This document shows positions 56,074 to 64,000 of a stretch of 64,000 nt of DNA, in pieces. The position numbers and the translations under genes were made by a program. The stretch is taken from positions 96,001 through 160,000 of the IMG/VR virus record IMGVR_UViG_3300031420_000003; one strand, given 5' to 3'. The DNA comes from a virus. The notes under the pieces are model-generated. The model did no database searches and was not told where the DNA came from. It was given only the letters and a program-made list of their open reading frames with translations. Each line of letters begins with the position of its first letter. Position 1 is the stretch's first letter.

Positions 56074-57212
56074 TACCCCTCCTTGATAGACAGGCGGACG
56101 TATTCCAGCAGGCCTTCTGTTGAACGCACCATAGCCGTAACAAACCCGTCGTTCAGTGCCATAGACGACTTGTAGTAGCCCGTGACACGACGCAGGTCTT
56201 TTAAGGCCACTGTCTTCAGTTCTTTCTTCAGCGTTTCAGCTTCTTCATCCACGGCTGTGTAGCCAGTGAGTTTACGCTTGACGCCGAGGGCCCGCAGAGT
56301 CTCAATGGCTTTCTCTGCACCGTCGAGCGCCCGTTCACAGTCAGCTTTCGACAACGCTGGGATAGTGTGGCCGTAATCGCCGTCTTTGGCAACCGCGTAG
56401 GTAATGTTACCCTTGATGCGCTCAACGATAATCACATTGCCGCCAAAGCAGGTGGCCGTGATTTCTTTCGCTGGACTCACGATGCCAATCAGTCGACAGG
56501 CGCGTTTGATTGCCCAACCGGTTGACCGCCCCAGTTTTGCCACCGTACCGTCGTCCATCTCTTTCTTGCCTTTCATCACGCTGCGGACATGCACCGTGAA
56601 TTCATCCACGCGGGCTTCAATGACTTTGGTGTGTCCGGCAAACTCAATGGTCTTATCGAGGTCGACTTTATCTTCAAAGCATACCTTCGAGGTCCACGTC
56701 CCGGTATCCACGGTACCCTTGCCAAGCTCACCGGCTTCACTCAATGCTTTACGCAGTTTGTGCAGCTGGTTCTCCAGCACGGTTGCCTTGTTGACCACAT
56801 GCTTAATTTTCTTTGTGGTGTCTTTGGCAAGTTCATCCGCAAAGTCCACAAAGCGCATGGCCAACTGGTGAGAGGTACGCCCGGCTGCAACGCCTGCGGC
56901 CTTTACCCCTTTCCCAGCAACCCGACCAGCAACGTTCGCCACCTTAGCAACACCCTTGCCGGCTTTGCCAATGGCCTTACGGCTATAGACGTCGGCAACA
57001 CTGCCAAACCGGGCAGCATCGTGAACGGCTTGGGCCCGTTCCATGGGTGTGGACTCACCCGCAACAAAGTGGCCTGTGTCATCAGACAAACACCACCGCT
57101 GACGGATTGCCGCAATTGCAGGATAGTCGGGACCCGCACCCAATGCTTCTAACGCCACTAAACGATCCCAATCATCGTTTAAGACTTCCAAATCTTTCTC
57201 GAGTGCGAACAT
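56073..57212 (-). CDS. Putative internal head protein (paralog pair)
   Basis: N-terminal ALE/ALE/AGE sites resembling prohead-protease cleavage motifs; WTSKVCFED shared with neighbour. Confidence 0.6.
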   Translation of the reverse strand: MFALEKDLEVLNDDWDRLVALEALGAGPDYPAIAAIRQRWCLSDDTGHFVAGESTPMERAQAVHDAARFGSVADVYSRKAIGKAGKGVAKVANVAGRVAGKGVKAAGVAAGRTSHQLAMRFVDFADELAKDTTKKIKHVVNKATVLENQLHKLRKALSEAGELGKGTVDTGTWTSKVCFEDKVDLDKTIEFAGHTKVIEARVDEFTVHVRSVMKGKKEMDDGTVAKLGRSTGWAIKRACRLIGIVSPAKEITATCFGGNVIIVERIKGNITYAVAKDGDYGHTIPALSKADCERALDGAEKAIETLRALGVKRKLTGYTAVDEEAETLKKELKTVALKDLRRVTGYYKSSMALNDGFVTAMVRSTEGLLEYVRLSIKEG

Positions 57213-57224
57213 CGCTGTCTCCTA

Positions 57225-58223
57225 CTAGCCCGCCTTGATGCTGGCGGCAACCCAGTTGATTAGTCCATCACCGACGCGATCGAGTGCGGTGGTAAATGCA
57301 TTCTCAAGCTCCAGTGCGTTTTTGTAACGCAGGGTAGCCAGACGAAGCTCCGCCCCTTTGTGGTTCTTAAGGCCGGCTTTCATCTTCTCAATTTCTTCGT
57401 AGATGCCGCTGTAACCAAAGAGGCCATTTTTAGCACCCCGATTACGCAACGTCTTGGCAATAGTGGTGACCGCCTGCAACGCTTTCTTGCACTCAGCCAC
57501 CTCCAGAGAAGGGATTTCTTTTTTGTAGCTACCACCGTGGGCAACCGCAAATTGTACTTTGCCTTTCTCACCCTCACCGTGGGTAACCACAATCACGTTA
57601 CCCGCCAGTGGCCGGGCTTGGACATCCGCCTCACCAAAGCGACCCAGATACCCGGACGCACGGTGAATCGCCGCATTGGAGCTGTAACCAATCTTGCTCA
57701 GTTCACCGTCTTCCAACTTACGACGGTCGATGACCGGAGAGAACACAATCTGACGGGTTATCACCGTGTACTGCTTAACCACGGCTTCTAACCCATCGGC
57801 AGAGTTCGCAAGCTTGATGCACTCTTTAAAGTTGGGTAGGTCTTCAAAACAGACTTTGGACGTCCAGCTACCGCTTGGCACCGTGTGACTGTGCAGTGCG
57901 CTGATGCTGTTCAGACGAGACTGCATGTCTGTGACGTGCTTGTCCAACAAATCCGCTTGGTCGTTCATCTTCTTCAACAGCGCGAGGTAGCGCGTCCCAA
58001 AGAAGCCAGCGAAATCATTGAACACTTGCGCCAACAGCGAGGAGGTTTTCTCCGGGGTTTTGTTACGGGCTGATTCGCCCGCAACCAATACCACGTCGTG
58101 TAATCCCCAGCGCTTAGCGATAGACTGGATTGCAGGGTTATCGATACCCACGCCGATAGATTCCAGCGCGACCACGGTATCGTAGTTCTCCCACAACGTT
58201 TCAAAATCTTGTTCTAATGACAT
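57225..58223 (-). CDS. Putative internal head protein (paralog pair)
   Basis: SLE, ALES and AGES sites; WTSKVCFED and GNVI motifs. Confidence 0.6.
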   Translation of the reverse strand: MSLEQDFETLWENYDTVVALESIGVGIDNPAIQSIAKRWGLHDVVLVAGESARNKTPEKTSSLLAQVFNDFAGFFGTRYLALLKKMNDQADLLDKHVTDMQSRLNSISALHSHTVPSGSWTSKVCFEDLPNFKECIKLANSADGLEAVVKQYTVITRQIVFSPVIDRRKLEDGELSKIGYSSNAAIHRASGYLGRFGEADVQARPLAGNVIVVTHGEGEKGKVQFAVAHGGSYKKEIPSLEVAECKKALQAVTTIAKTLRNRGAKNGLFGYSGIYEEIEKMKAGLKNHKGAELRLATLRYKNALELENAFTTALDRVGDGLINWVAASIKAG

Positions 58224-58245
58224 GGGATGTCCCTCGAACCTATTG

Positions 58246-58509
58246 TCAGGTTTCGATTAAATAGTAGTAATAACGATTAGGCCAGCGGACAGCAATGGCA
58301 AAGAGCTCATTGGTCTTTCCGTCGACGTAGTTAATCAACCGTGGACGATCTTTGTTATCCGGCACAGACACGAACTCGCGTGTGTTCAGATAGTCAAAGA
58401 ACTCCTGTTCCGTCCCTTGCCACTCGACCGGTTGTTGAATCGGCAGAGGTTTTGGTGGTGGAGGACTAAACGCCTCCATCAGTCGTTTCAGCAAAGAAGT
58501 CTTTTGCAT
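58246..58509 (-). CDS. Hypothetical protein
   Basis: GAGG RBS. Confidence 0.55.
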   Translation of the reverse strand: MQKTSLLKRLMEAFSPPPPKPLPIQQPVEWQGTEQEFFDYLNTREFVSVPDNKDRPRLINYVDGKTNELFAIAVRWPNRYYYYLIET

Positions 58510-58525
58510 GTGTGCCTCAGAGGAA

Positions 58526-59092
58526 TCATAATAAACGCAAGGACGTCAGCCAGTCTTGGCCTTGGTTTGCGTGATGGTAAGTTGGTACGTTAACGGACTT
58601 CGCGTACATGACGCCCATAAACGTCCCGCCAGTTGGGTTGCCTTGCTTATTTATCGGCGCTGAGTAGTACACAGCATCCGACGGCGAGTGCAAATCATCA
58701 CCCATAATGATATTCAAGTTACGTCCGTGCAGTTTCAACGAGAAGTCTTTAAGGTAATCCGGCGCAGGATGCAGGGAGCGAACAATCTCCACATACAGCG
58801 GGGTTTGCTCAATCACCCGGAAATCCACAAACGGGTTCTTCTCTTTTAACCAGAGCTTCTTGTCATCCGGCAGATAACAGACAAACGTGATACGGATATC
58901 GCCTTTGAAGTACCGGGCCAGCATAAACTGCAACTGGTCAGGCCCTTTCCAGCAACCCCCACTGACAATTTCTAATTCAAACCCTTTCTCCAACAGGATG
59001 TTAATACCGGCCAGTAATTGGGCATACATTTCTTGCATGGTTTCTTGATCGGTCTCGCGTGAGCCAATAATAGCCAGTCTATATTTTTTCAT
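58526..59092 (-). CDS. SLOG/DprA-like Rossmann-fold protein
   Basis: Start MKKYRLAIIGSRET after GGAGG; IVSGG..GPD, GRN..IMG.DL, GGT..GV motifs. Confidence 0.7.
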   Translation of the reverse strand: MKKYRLAIIGSRETDQETMQEMYAQLLAGINILLEKGFELEIVSGGCWKGPDQLQFMLARYFKGDIRITFVCYLPDDKKLWLKEKNPFVDFRVIEQTPLYVEIVRSLHPAPDYLKDFSLKLHGRNLNIIMGDDLHSPSDAVYYSAPINKQGNPTGGTFMGVMYAKSVNVPTYHHANQGQDWLTSLRLL

Positions 59093-59142
59093 GGTTGTGC
59101 ACCTCCTATATCCAACACCTGTGACGCAAAAAATAAGAGGTT

Positions 59143-59166
59143 TTACCCTCTCCAAAGAGAGGGTAA
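59143..59166 (-). terminator. Rho-independent terminator
   Basis: TTACCCTCTC-CAAA-GAGAGGGTAA. Confidence 0.7.
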
Positions 59167-59173
59167 GGTAACG

Positions 59174-60259
59174 CTAGTAAAACTTGTCTTTCTTAAAGCC
59201 GTCGAGTTTCGTGACCGTCACCAGTTCAGCAAGCCCAACCGGGATTGCAATGGTGAACTGTACACTTCCCGTATAGGCAACGTTGGTTGCCAGTGCGGTA
59301 ATCGTCACTCGGCGTTTTAGGTAATCAAAGACGAAACCATAATCGGTTTGGTCGAGGTAGAAACGGTCAGCAAGTGTCGCGATTAACGTTGGGATGTCGA
59401 TGGTACGGTCGTTACGGTTCAACCCTACCTCACCCGGCGTTAACACTGGCGTCTTTGGCCAGACCGCAGACAGGGCCATACGTTTGTACGTAAAGGTCAC
59501 CCAGTCATCTATTACCTCAGAAGGCTCAGCCAGCAAATCTAAATCGATGCCGGTATTCCCGCCTTTCACTGATGGCGTGCTCAGGACACTTAAGTCCTTC
59601 CATGCAAACTGGGTCTTATCAAACGTAAAGCCGTTCTCAAAGTTGACCAGCCCAATCAATAAATCCCATGGGGCTTTGGTAAACACCACAGGATACGCGT
59701 CTGTAATGGGTGGCTCCGTGCTGCCCACTGGATTAAACTGAAAGCCCAATAAATCCTTGCTCTTGACAAACTCGCCGAAGTAATGCGGCAGGCGATAGAG
59801 AAAGACTTCTTCAAACACGAACGAGTCACAACGGAACGTGATGAACCAACCACTTTCATCCGTGTTGTACGTCACAAAACAAGCATTAGGCGGGTTGAAG
59901 ATTTTGTTGATGTTAAAGCCCATCTTCGCAATGGCGTTTTCCACCATTGCCTGAGCGGCGTTATCCCACACGCGGTTGCTCGACGGAACGTTAAGCGGGT
60001 TAAACCAACTTAAGTCTGCCTTGCTAAAGAGCAGGACGTCGCCCAGTTGTATCTTGGTGTGTTGCACATCGACCGTGTCGTCATCCTTCGACAGGTTAGT
60101 GAGTCGCAGCCCGTAAACACCCGGGTAGAGTTCCCCACGCTTTGTGATACCGGTGTTCGCTACCGTCAAAGGCGTATCGATCGTATCGTCATTGGCAAAG
60201 TTCACCAAATCCAATAGCGACTGTTGGTGTGTTCGGGTGCGGTTAATGATAAAGGTCAT
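59174..60259 (-). CDS. Virion structural protein, paralog family (two anchor domains)
   Basis: LLDLVNFAN and LLIGLVNFEN; FTYKRM; LLGF and KLDGF motifs as in the 14.8-28.3 kb family. Confidence 0.6.
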   Translation of the reverse strand: MTFIINRTRTHQQSLLDLVNFANDDTIDTPLTVANTGITKRGELYPGVYGLRLTNLSKDDDTVDVQHTKIQLGDVLLFSKADLSWFNPLNVPSSNRVWDNAAQAMVENAIAKMGFNINKIFNPPNACFVTYNTDESGWFITFRCDSFVFEEVFLYRLPHYFGEFVKSKDLLGFQFNPVGSTEPPITDAYPVVFTKAPWDLLIGLVNFENGFTFDKTQFAWKDLSVLSTPSVKGGNTGIDLDLLAEPSEVIDDWVTFTYKRMALSAVWPKTPVLTPGEVGLNRNDRTIDIPTLIATLADRFYLDQTDYGFVFDYLKRRVTITALATNVAYTGSVQFTIAIPVGLAELVTVTKLDGFKKDKFY

Positions 60260-60283
60260 AGTCCGGCTCCGAAAAGAAAAGCC

Positions 60284-60307
60284 CCCTGCCTACCGAAGTA
60301 AGCAGGG
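60284..60307 (-). terminator. Rho-independent terminator
   Basis: Minus strand CCCTGCTTAC-TTCG-GTAGGCAGGG then T tract. Confidence 0.75.
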
Positions 60308-60313
60308 AGACGG

Positions 60314-60709
60314 TCAGTACCCGTAGAGCGGGTAGCGGGCTATAATGGTTTTGCCAATATAGAACGTAAGGACCTGTGTGGCGACCGTCTTCATGGAAGT
60401 CGGTGGCGTCGACAAGTCAGCACGTATGTTCTCATAACAACTCCCCGCATCGATGAACTGGTAGATTTTACGTTTGGTGTTCACCAAGTAAAACCCCCCG
60501 CCCGGACAGGTGTCTGTCTTTCCGAAGTTGACGACCGCGAAATCCCCACCTTCTGACACGGTACGTGCACGGTCAGTCGATTCGAATTTCACTTTAGGCT
60601 CATCAGGACTGTTAGGCTGGTACCCCAGCATTTCACTTGGATTGAACTCCGCATGTGCAGTCTGAGAAAGTACCAATAATAGCAAAACAGCCAATACAGA
60701 ACGCATCAA
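60314..60709 (-). CDS. Exported protein with signal peptide
   Basis: MRSVLAVLLLLVLSQTAHA signal (AHA site); two Cys. Confidence 0.65.
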   Translation of the reverse strand: MMRSVLAVLLLLVLSQTAHAEFNPSEMLGYQPNSPDEPKVKFESTDRARTVSEGGDFAVVNFGKTDTCPGGGFYLVNTKRKIYQFIDAGSCYENIRADLSTPPTSMKTVATQVLTFYIGKTIIARYPLYGY

Positions 60710-61200
60710 TTTTTATCCTCTTTCAGGTAGGCTTGAAGCCAAGGCTGCTCCTCTAGTCGGGGGAGCATGTTACGTGTGCTCCACGTTTGACGGCAGTTTG
60801 GCATCGTGGCGAGGTACTGTTTTTTGAAACGTTCCCAGTGATAAGCCGCGGGTTTGGTTTTAAAGCCAGACTGGCCTAAGACCACCTCCCACTCCAAGTC
60901 CTTGACAAACTCCTCCACTAACATCATCACCACATCCTTCCAGAGTGAACGACGGTAGTGTTTGGCAAAGTGAGCTTTCAGTTCTTGGTAGTTGACTTTA
61001 CATCTGGGCCGTATTGCTGGTGTAGATTTAGGTATAGCAATTTTGATGGCGGAGCTTTGGATTATCTTGACAGGTTGACCGCGGACCGTTGAGCGAACAA
61101 GGTCTAAATCGCAATCAGCTATCTTTTCGGTAACACAGATAACTTCCACACCGCTATCACACTGTTGACGTGTTTCATAGACGACACGCTGCATTTTCAT
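60706..61200 (-). CDS. Hypothetical protein
   Basis: ORF in operon. Confidence 0.55.
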   Translation of the reverse strand: MKMQRVVYETRQQCDSGVEVICVTEKIADCDLDLVRSTVRGQPVKIIQSSAIKIAIPKSTPAIRPRCKVNYQELKAHFAKHYRRSLWKDVVMMLVEEFVKDLEWEVVLGQSGFKTKPAAYHWERFKKQYLATMPNCRQTWSTRNMLPRLEEQPWLQAYLKEDKN

Positions 61201-61214
61201 ACTTCCCGTGAGTT

Positions 61215-61694
61215 TTATATTATTTTGTTACCCACCGAAATAAAGATTGGTACCGTTTTGGCAAAGCGGGCCAACCCTACTTCAACCGGCGGGGACTGAG
61301 CCGGTTGTGTCGTCATAGTCGTCATACGGAAATACTTCTTATTGTCGAGGCCGATGTACCAATTCTCTATTCGCCAACCCTGCTGGAGAAAGAAACACTG
61401 GGCATCCACCGCGTTGGGTTCGACTATCGCTGTGAGTTTTTTCTCAGGCGATTGTGCTGCGACGTGTTTCACAAGGAACTTCGCCACACCACTGCGACGG
61501 GACTCTGGCACCACGTAGAGGTAAACGATATTACCCGGTTCGTAAATCACCATCCCGTGCACGATGTCATCTTCCACGGCCATCAGAACCTTGAGCGGCT
61601 CTTTACGAATACTGTTGGCATCCGCAAGGAACGCTGTGAGTTCGGGATAAACCTCGGCTGAGATTTTATCAATCTCAATTGACATCACTATCAT
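61215..61694 (-). CDS. GNAT family N-acetyltransferase
   Basis: Start via ATGA overlap; YVVPESRRSGVAKFLV and NAVDAQCFFLQQGW. Confidence 0.8.
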   Translation of the reverse strand: MIVMSIEIDKISAEVYPELTAFLADANSIRKEPLKVLMAVEDDIVHGMVIYEPGNIVYLYVVPESRRSGVAKFLVKHVAAQSPEKKLTAIVEPNAVDAQCFFLQQGWRIENWYIGLDNKKYFRMTTMTTQPAQSPPVEVGLARFAKTVPIFISVGNKII

Positions 61695-62389
61695 TTTAAA
61701 CCCCCTTTCAGTCGTGAAGTCACGAGCTGTAATAGTCCTTCCCACGTTTGATGGGGGTGCTCGCGAATGTCTTCCGCTAAACCACCAACCGGGTAAGCAC
61801 TGAGTAGTTCACTAAGCGGCATTGCATTAAGAGTCCGCTCTGCCTGCTCACGTGAGTATTTCCGTTTAACGAGTTCCGCAATGATTGCTTCTACGAAGGC
61901 AGACACCGGGATTGACTGGTAGTCAAGACGCGGACGTATCCACTCGACAATAACGTGACTGTATGCGAGTTTTTGCTGTTTGCCTTTTCCAAGAAACCAC
62001 CTCACTGTGAAACCGGCATCGAGAGTATTCTTCACAATGCCGTGCTCTGAAGCGACACACGCCTCATAGAGATTATACGCAGTCAAAAGCTTGGTCACCC
62101 GTTTGAGTAACAGCTCCTGATTAAAGAGACACAGGTCTCTGGGTGCACCCCGCATGGTATCCCGGTCAGCCAGCATGTTACGGAACTGGAACCCGATTTT
62201 CCCGGCAGGTTCACCGTACGTCCGATAACGGTTACGCGTACCTTGACGCTCTAAGACGTCGTTGATGACACACATCACCATGGCATGTTTAACTGGGTTA
62301 CTGAAGCGGTGATTGTCACCGTTGGTAATGGCACTGATTAGGCCAGCAGCGGGGAGTAATACCACGCGCTTGTCGAACTTTAAATCCAT
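61691..62389 (-). CDS. Hypothetical protein
   Basis: Likely start MDLKFD after GGGA. Confidence 0.6.
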   Translation of the reverse strand: MDLKFDKRVVLLPAAGLISAITNGDNHRFSNPVKHAMVMCVINDVLERQGTRNRYRTYGEPAGKIGFQFRNMLADRDTMRGAPRDLCLFNQELLLKRVTKLLTAYNLYEACVASEHGIVKNTLDAGFTVRWFLGKGKQQKLAYSHVIVEWIRPRLDYQSIPVSAFVEAIIAELVKRKYSREQAERTLNAMPLSELLSAYPVGGLAEDIREHPHQTWEGLLQLVTSRLKGGLK

Positions 62390-62451
62390 GAGACTTCCCC
62401 GACTGTGAAAATACACATAATTGCGGCCAACTGTAAAAAGAAATAAAAGAA

Positions 62452-62473
62452 GTCGAGTCCCGAAGGACTCGAC
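62452..62473 (-). terminator. Rho-independent terminator
   Basis: GTCGAGTCC-CGAA-GGACTCGAC with T tract on minus strand. Confidence 0.85.
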
Positions 62474-62477
62474 AGTC

Positions 62478-63026
62478 TTACTTGGTGGCGGCTTTATTCA
62501 TCTTGTGCTCAACCACCTTCGCGGTAATCGCCAGTGAGCTGTAAGCCAATGTTTTAATTGGCACGGCTGCAAAGGCAATCAGTCCGCCTAAAGGTACGAG
62601 CACCGTCAGGAGCACATCCGTTCGGTCAACCTGTGGCTGCTGTAGCAAATCCCAAAGCGCTACGCCTGTGAAGGCGAGTAATGCCATTGCCAAAAACCAA
62701 ATCAGCAGTTTTTGACCCGACATCAGCGTTGGGTATAAGGTCATCACGGTTTCCTTGCTGTACTTTGCATCCATCCCCTCTAAGGAGTCCACCGCTAACT
62801 TCTCAAACGCCTCTGCCATCACGCCGACCTTGTCCACTAACAGCGGACGCAGTGACGCTAAGATAGAGTTCGCAGGAAGCGCGGTGTTAACAGCGGCAGC
62901 ACCGATGGTCAGTGCAGCATCCTGAACACGCGAGGCTTCATCCGGAGTCAAGACACGGTCACCGGCTTGAATCAAGGTATCCAGTAATGCAGGTGCAGCT
63001 GTTTGCAAGGATTGGGTCATGGTCAC
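62478..63026 (-). CDS. Membrane protein with two TM segments
   Basis: LLIWFLAMALLAFTGVALW and VLLTVLVPLGGLIAFAAV. Confidence 0.65.
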   Translation of the reverse strand: MTMTQSLQTAAPALLDTLIQAGDRVLTPDEASRVQDAALTIGAAAVNTALPANSILASLRPLLVDKVGVMAEAFEKLAVDSLEGMDAKYSKETVMTLYPTLMSGQKLLIWFLAMALLAFTGVALWDLLQQPQVDRTDVLLTVLVPLGGLIAFAAVPIKTLAYSSLAITAKVVEHKMNKAATK

Positions 63027-63676
63027 TTCCTCCGGCGTCGACTCCTTCGCCGTGAGCCTTTCGGCGCTTTAGGCTTCTTCTCACGAGGAGGGAGCAGACT
63101 GTTTAGTGATAATAGTGAAATACGAACGAAGATGTTGCCAACAGCCACGGCATCAATTGAGTGCTCATCCAGTGCGGTAAGGTCAATCAATGTGTGGTTC
63201 TCGTATAGGCGGGTCACGGCCGCAAACATGTGTGTTTTGTCCGTGCCTTTCGCCTCAACGCCCACGTAGGACTTCACAATAATGGGATTGAACCCATGCA
63301 AGCACTTTTCCGGGAAGATCTCAAACAGCGTATTACGCAGCATTTGCTGTAACTCGACCCCTGACTCGTAGGCCGAGAGTTTCAGTCGCTGCATAAACGG
63401 TGTTTCAGTACAGCAGAAGGTTGGCCGTGCAATCCGCAGGAAATCTGCGTAGCCTTCTCGCAACTTGGCCATTCGGGCATCACGTTTACCGCATACCTCA
63501 GAATGGCTGTTTTGATGCGTGGGGTCGACCGCGTGTAAAGTACCTGCCCAGACCACTTCGGCCTGAGGTTCACCGTACACCCAGTCGAGCACCGCAAGAC
63601 CCAAGTACGAGGTACCGGGGTCAACAGCACAGATTCGAACCGAGTTATCAGGAAACCGCGGTTCGGGTATCAGCAT
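63023..63676 (-). CDS. ruvC: RuvC-like Holliday junction resolvase
   Basis: ICAVDPGTSYLG, TETPF, IVKSYVG..DK..M and EHSIDAVAVG acidic motifs. Confidence 0.8.
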   Translation of the reverse strand: MLIPEPRFPDNSVRICAVDPGTSYLGLAVLDWVYGEPQAEVVWAGTLHAVDPTHQNSHSEVCGKRDARMAKLREGYADFLRIARPTFCCTETPFMQRLKLSAYESGVELQQMLRNTLFEIFPEKCLHGFNPIIVKSYVGVEAKGTDKTHMFAAVTRLYENHTLIDLTALDEHSIDAVAVGNIFVRISLLSLNSLLPPREKKPKAPKGSRRRSRRRRK

Positions 63677-64000
63677 CAGTTCGGGCCTAACCAGAACGGC
63701 ACGGTCTGACCGATGTTGATAGTCAGCTCGAGGTTGTCGTTCGTGACCGCGAGGTTAGCGTAAAGGTCGATGTAATACATCACCTGTACACCGATCGCTT
63801 CGTCGTAGCTGAACTTCGACCCGGTTGCTGACTCGCCCGACTCAACGGCATCCAGACCAGAACACACCGCGATTTCAGACACGATGGACGACTGTGAACT
63901 GCCGCGCATAATCGCACAGACGTTCATGTATTCCTGCACGTCGAAATCATTCCAGCCGATACGCAGTTCAACGTTGGATTTCGCATAACGCCCGTCAGGT
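63676..64000 (-). CDS. 3' part of a hypothetical (possibly virion) protein, 5' truncated by window
   Basis: Frame open from 63999 (PDGRYAK..) to stop; TGATG coupling to ruvC. Confidence 0.55.
   Translation of the reverse strand, partial: PDGRYAKSNVELRIGWNDFDVQEYMNVCAIMRGSSQSSIVSEIAVCSGLDAVESGESATGSKFSYDEAIGVQVMYYIDLYANLAVTNDNLELTINIGQTVPFWLGPN

Noticed and set aside
27512-59155. Long N-terminal extensions given by the ORF track (e.g. starts at 28492, 31793, 40022, 42591, 47880, 48790, 54186, 59155)
   Set aside because: They cross terminators or neighbouring genes; downstream starts have better RBSs or coupling
30543-64000. Plus-strand ORFs overlapping the minus-strand gene block
   Set aside because: They overlap well-supported minus-strand genes, and no RBS or recognisable motif was noted
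1-64000. tRNA/rRNA genes, integrase, transposase, introns or inteins
   Set aside because: No recognisable signatures by eye; intergenic gaps are short and mostly explained by terminators. tRNAscan-SE or Infernal would be needed to exclude them formally

Overview
This window is best explained as part of a lytic jumbo-phage genome. The phiKZ/SPN3US/Erwinia-jumbo-like assignment is inferred from gene content, not from a database search. 1-7.1 kb (+) encodes tail fibre/baseplate proteins. 7.1-12.6 kb (+) is the most striking element: a tightly coupled operon of three paralogous small proteins with a shared leader and (Cxxx)n Cys/Ser/Gly cores (21 and 23 Cys, plus one truncated copy), two radical SAM enzymes (one with a SPASM-type domain), two unknown proteins and a DUF4376-like tail-fibre-associated protein. 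It looks like a phage-encoded RiPP-like modification system embedded in the tail module, possibly acting on virion fibre proteins. A GH108 lysozyme, DUF1353 and a lipoprotein follow. 14.8-28.3 kb holds a large array of paralogous virion proteins, including a duplicated three-gene module, followed by an AmsF/WceF-like tailspike. 30.5-64 kb (-) holds mostly early/accessory genes: an HslU-like ATPase without the HslV-docking tail, a QueC-like PP-loop protein, Dam methylase, dTMP kinase, an expanded set of GNAT-like proteins, HTH regulators, two putative internal head proteins, a SLOG/DprA-like protein and a RuvC-like resolvase. Many intrinsic terminators and a repeated 18-bp putative phage promoter are visible. 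No tRNA, rRNA, CRISPR array, integrase or transposase was seen.
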